A stretch of 64,000 nucleotides of DNA, from the NCBI RefSeq assembly GCF_009914755.1, contig NC_060941.1. The stretch is one strand, 5' to 3'. A program made the position numbers and the translations under genes. The first letter of the stretch is position 1; every line of letters begins with the position of its first letter. The notes beneath the pieces were generated by a model. That model had not been told where the DNA came from. It made no database searches and saw nothing but the letters and a program-made list of their open reading frames with translations. Below, piece by piece: positions 60,712 to 64,000 of the stretch. The stretch is from the human T2T-CHM13v2.0 reference genome, Homo sapiens.

Positions 60712-61100
60712 ATATTACTCGATCAGAAAAAAGGGACAAAGTCCTGATGCATGCTTCAATGTGAATGAACCTCCGAAACTTATGCTAAGTAAAAGAAGCC
60801 AGATACAAAGGGTTATGTATGAAGCCATCCTCCTTACATGAAATATTCAGAATAATCAACTCCACAGACACAGGAAGCAAATTGGTGGTTGCCGGCGGGG
60901 GACAATGGGGAATAACGGCTTAAAGAGCATGGATTTCCTTTTGGGGTAATTAAAGTGTTTTGGAACTAGATAGAGATGGTAGTTGCATAACACTGTGAAT
61001 GTACTAAATGCCACTGAGTTGCTCAATTTAAAAGGTTGATTTTATGTTATGAATTCATGATTTTATCTCAATACAATTTGTTTCTTAATTAAAAAAAATT
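60340..61100 (+). mobile_element. L1MB-type 3' fragment with (CA)n at 60679-60709
   Basis: gcaattccactcc...cagcactattcacaatagccaaaaggtggaa...tgtactaaatgccactga. Confidence 0.8.
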
Positions 61101-61990
61101 AGCATCATAGTTACACCAGCCTGGGCAGGCGGCTGGACGGGTGCATTCTAAAAGTATTGTATTCTTCCTTAAGCTCTACAGGACAGCTGTACCGGTTGCT
61201 TTAGTAAACAACATTTGCCCCTTCTTCCAATAGCTGTCTCCAAGTTTCTCCTGAGGACCTGTTCCCATCACACTTTCCAGTCCAGACGCCAGTGATCTGA
61301 GTCCATTCATTCACTTTCCTGGTTTTCTGTCACTTGCCATCGAAACAGTCCTGACTGATACAGCCATCTTCAATGTTTCCGTGGAGCATACCCTAGTTTT
61401 TGTTTAATTTCAAGAGGCCATTGAGAGATGTTCAAGTTGCAATGTGAAAATTCTAGCTTCCAAACCTCTACTTCAATCTGGACAGAAAATTTCAAGTTTC
61501 AAGTTACATTTAAAATGTTTTCTATGATGGTGATAATGTCCATGTACTTAAAGCCAATAAACTACACACTTTAAAAATGGTTACAAAGGTAAATTTTACG
61601 TTCTGCATATTTTAACACAGTATAAAAAATAATAATAAATGTTATTTTTTCTGACTATATGATCATGGTAAAAAAAAAACCTTGAGCCATATAGGAAAGT
61701 ATGAAGAAGAATATAATTATCACCCACAATGTCTGTTTCAGGGCTAACAACTGCTAACACTTTGGTATATTTCCTTGTAGTCTTTTTTTATGTTTTACAG
61801 TGTGAAATACTGTGTATATATACACACTGTGAAAAATGAAAAGAACTATTGTTGTTTACCCTGAAACAGATATTATAGATGATAATTATATTCTTCTTCA
61901 TGCTTTTCTATATTGCTCATTTTTTTACCATAAACATATAGTCACAACAAATAACATTTCTTATTTTTTTACACAGTGGTATATCAGTGG

Positions 61991-62028
<38 letters not shown>

Positions 62029-62125
62029 GTGAACAATAAATGAAATGAAAAAATAAATTATATAGTTTTTTGCCCTGATTTTTACTTAACATTATACCAT
62101 GAACATTTTTTCTACCTGTAAGTTA

Positions 62126-62493
62126 AGTATTAGTCCGTTTTCATGCTGCTGATAAAGACATAACTGAGGCTGGGTAATTTATAAATTTACAAAGAAAAAG
62201 AGGTTTAATGGACTCAGAGTTCCACGCGGCTGGGGAGGCCTCATAATCATGATGGAAGGTGAAAGCCATGTCTTACATGGCAGCAGGCAAGACAGAATAA
62301 GAGCCAAGCAAAAGGGGTTTCCCTTATAAAACCATCAGGCCTCGTGAGACTTATTCACTACCACGAGAACAGTATGGGGAAACCGCCCCCATAATTCAAT
62401 TATCTCCCACTCCATCCCTCCCGCAACACATGGGAATTATGGGAGCCACAATTCAAGATGGAATTTGGGTGGGGACACAGCCAAACTATATCA
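62126..62493 (-). mobile_element. THE1B/C-type solo LTR
   Basis: gtattagtccgttttcatgctgctgataaagacata...tgggtggggacacagccaaactatatca. Confidence 0.9.
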
Positions 62494-64000
62494 ATTGTGA
62501 TTGAAACTTAATTTTTAGTGGCTGCATAATATTCCATCCTGTGGGTGCAAGATACTTAAGCTAATTAATTCCCCAATGGTAGATATTTAGAGAGTCTCCT
62601 ATTCGTCTCCATCATAAAATAAAATGAAGATGAATATTGATATTTAGATTCCTAGAAGAGGGATAGGAACAATTGCAATGTTTTTGGTCCAAACTGCAGA
62701 TACCCCACAGAAAGTACCCATAGAATCACCCTTTTCTCAAGCCTTAATCACTGACTGAAGCCTTAATCACTGACCACCAGCCTGGGATGGCAGCTGGTGT
62801 GTCCCTTATGGAGATCTGTGGCTGGAAGACACTGTCATGGCTGGAGGGGACACTTCTGGCCCCCATCCCTACTGGCTGGCACCTCCATGGCATACACTCT
62901 TTCCTTCCCAGATGCTGCCTGCCTAGAAAACCACTCTTTCAAAGCTTTTTTTTTTCCATTAACGTCAAAGCTAGGAAATGGCTATTTAAGATGTTATTTT
63001 CTGTCATCCCAGGAACCAGGAAATTGGGGAGGTGGCATGAGCCTGGTCCTGCTTTATTTGTTCTGAAATACATGGAAATGCTCTCATTTCCTGGCCTCCC
63101 TTTCTCCTCACTCCTATCCCCGTCCCTACTTTCCAGGGCCTTTGGCTTTGTTTTGGGGGCCCTCCCCACACCATGTCACTGATGTCTGCCCTGTGCAGTG
63201 TGCCCTGTGGAAGGCGGCAGCTATTTGACCTCTCTTCCCTTGCAACCATCCAGAAACCTGCTGAGCTGGCGGCCACAGCAGCCACACTTCTCACGGGCTG
63301 AGCGTCCCGAAGTTCTCTAAGGAGCCGCTCGTGTGTAACACCATAGCCCATGTGAATCCGTGCTGACATCCGCACAGATGAACGGATCAGATGAGATTTA
63401 ATCTCCCTGAGGCCCATGGGCACGAGTCACTGGAGTTTTATGGGGTCCAGTAAAGAGCAAGGAAAAGTCCGGGTCTTACAAGGCTGTAATCGCCTCTTAG
63501 AAAGAGTCTCCCCTAACCACCTGGTGCCTTAGCCCTGCAGGGAGCTGTCCAGATGCTGACCCATTTAAGCGCAGCTTCCTCGGCCGCCTTCAGACCTTCC
63601 CCGCCAAGGTTTTTTCCTCCCTGTTCCTGATGTATTCTGCTCCATCTGGGGCTTTTATTGGGTGTCGTTTCCTTTACCACCCTATAACTTTCTCAGCAGT
63701 CAAAATGGAGAAGAGTCTTCATTTTGCTGATGGGAGCCCTGCCCTTGGAACTGTTTTATAAGCAATCATCCAGTTACTAAGGGGAAAAATGATGAGAGCA
63801 GAGGACGAACAGCTGGTCTTAGGGGAGCCAGAAGGGCAGCTGGGAGAACAGCCAGTGGGAATCCGAGCTGCTGCTTGGTGATCCGGCAGGGACGCGGATG
63901 GCTGTGTGAACTCTCCCAGGCTTCACACTCGGATGCATCCGGAACAGGAGACCGCACACTCTCAATGAGGAAGAGATAGGGTTCTTAGGAAGCCACATAT

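Noticed and set aside
63170-63960. Mildly CpG-enriched segment as the promoter or exon of a neighbouring gene
   Set aside because: Does not look like a CpG island, and no recognisable coding exon or convincing splice structure is visible.

Overview
Primate DNA, almost certainly human: the 3' end of PRKCA (protein kinase C alpha) on the + strand. It contains the last four coding exons (residues 509-672, conventionally exons 14-17, all phase-0 junctions), a ~6.7 kb 3' UTR with proximal and distal AATAAA signals, the intronic miRNA gene MIR634, and ~19 kb of repeat-rich downstream intergenic DNA. Nearly all entries in the ORF track are spurious (Alu, L1 or low-complexity translations). Most notable observations: (1) a 1008-bp phase-perfect (GGT)n repeat in the last intron, directly preceded by a polypyrimidine-CAGTAG acceptor and followed by a stop codon and AATAAA, i.e. 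the layout of a cryptic alternative terminal exon at the junction where PKC-beta I/II diverge; (2) the mature arm of MIR634 lies in a local ~200-bp duplication of an ancient L1 fragment whose twin copy differs only at positions 5 and 8; (3) an exon 15-16 back-splice would give a 249-nt circle with a stop-free endless ORF; (4) a 3'-truncated SEM1/DSS1 retrocopy; (5) a 365-bp foldback element; (6) a triple QKI-motif cluster in the 3' UTR. Repeat subfamily names come from recalled consensus sequences and repeat boundaries are approximate.
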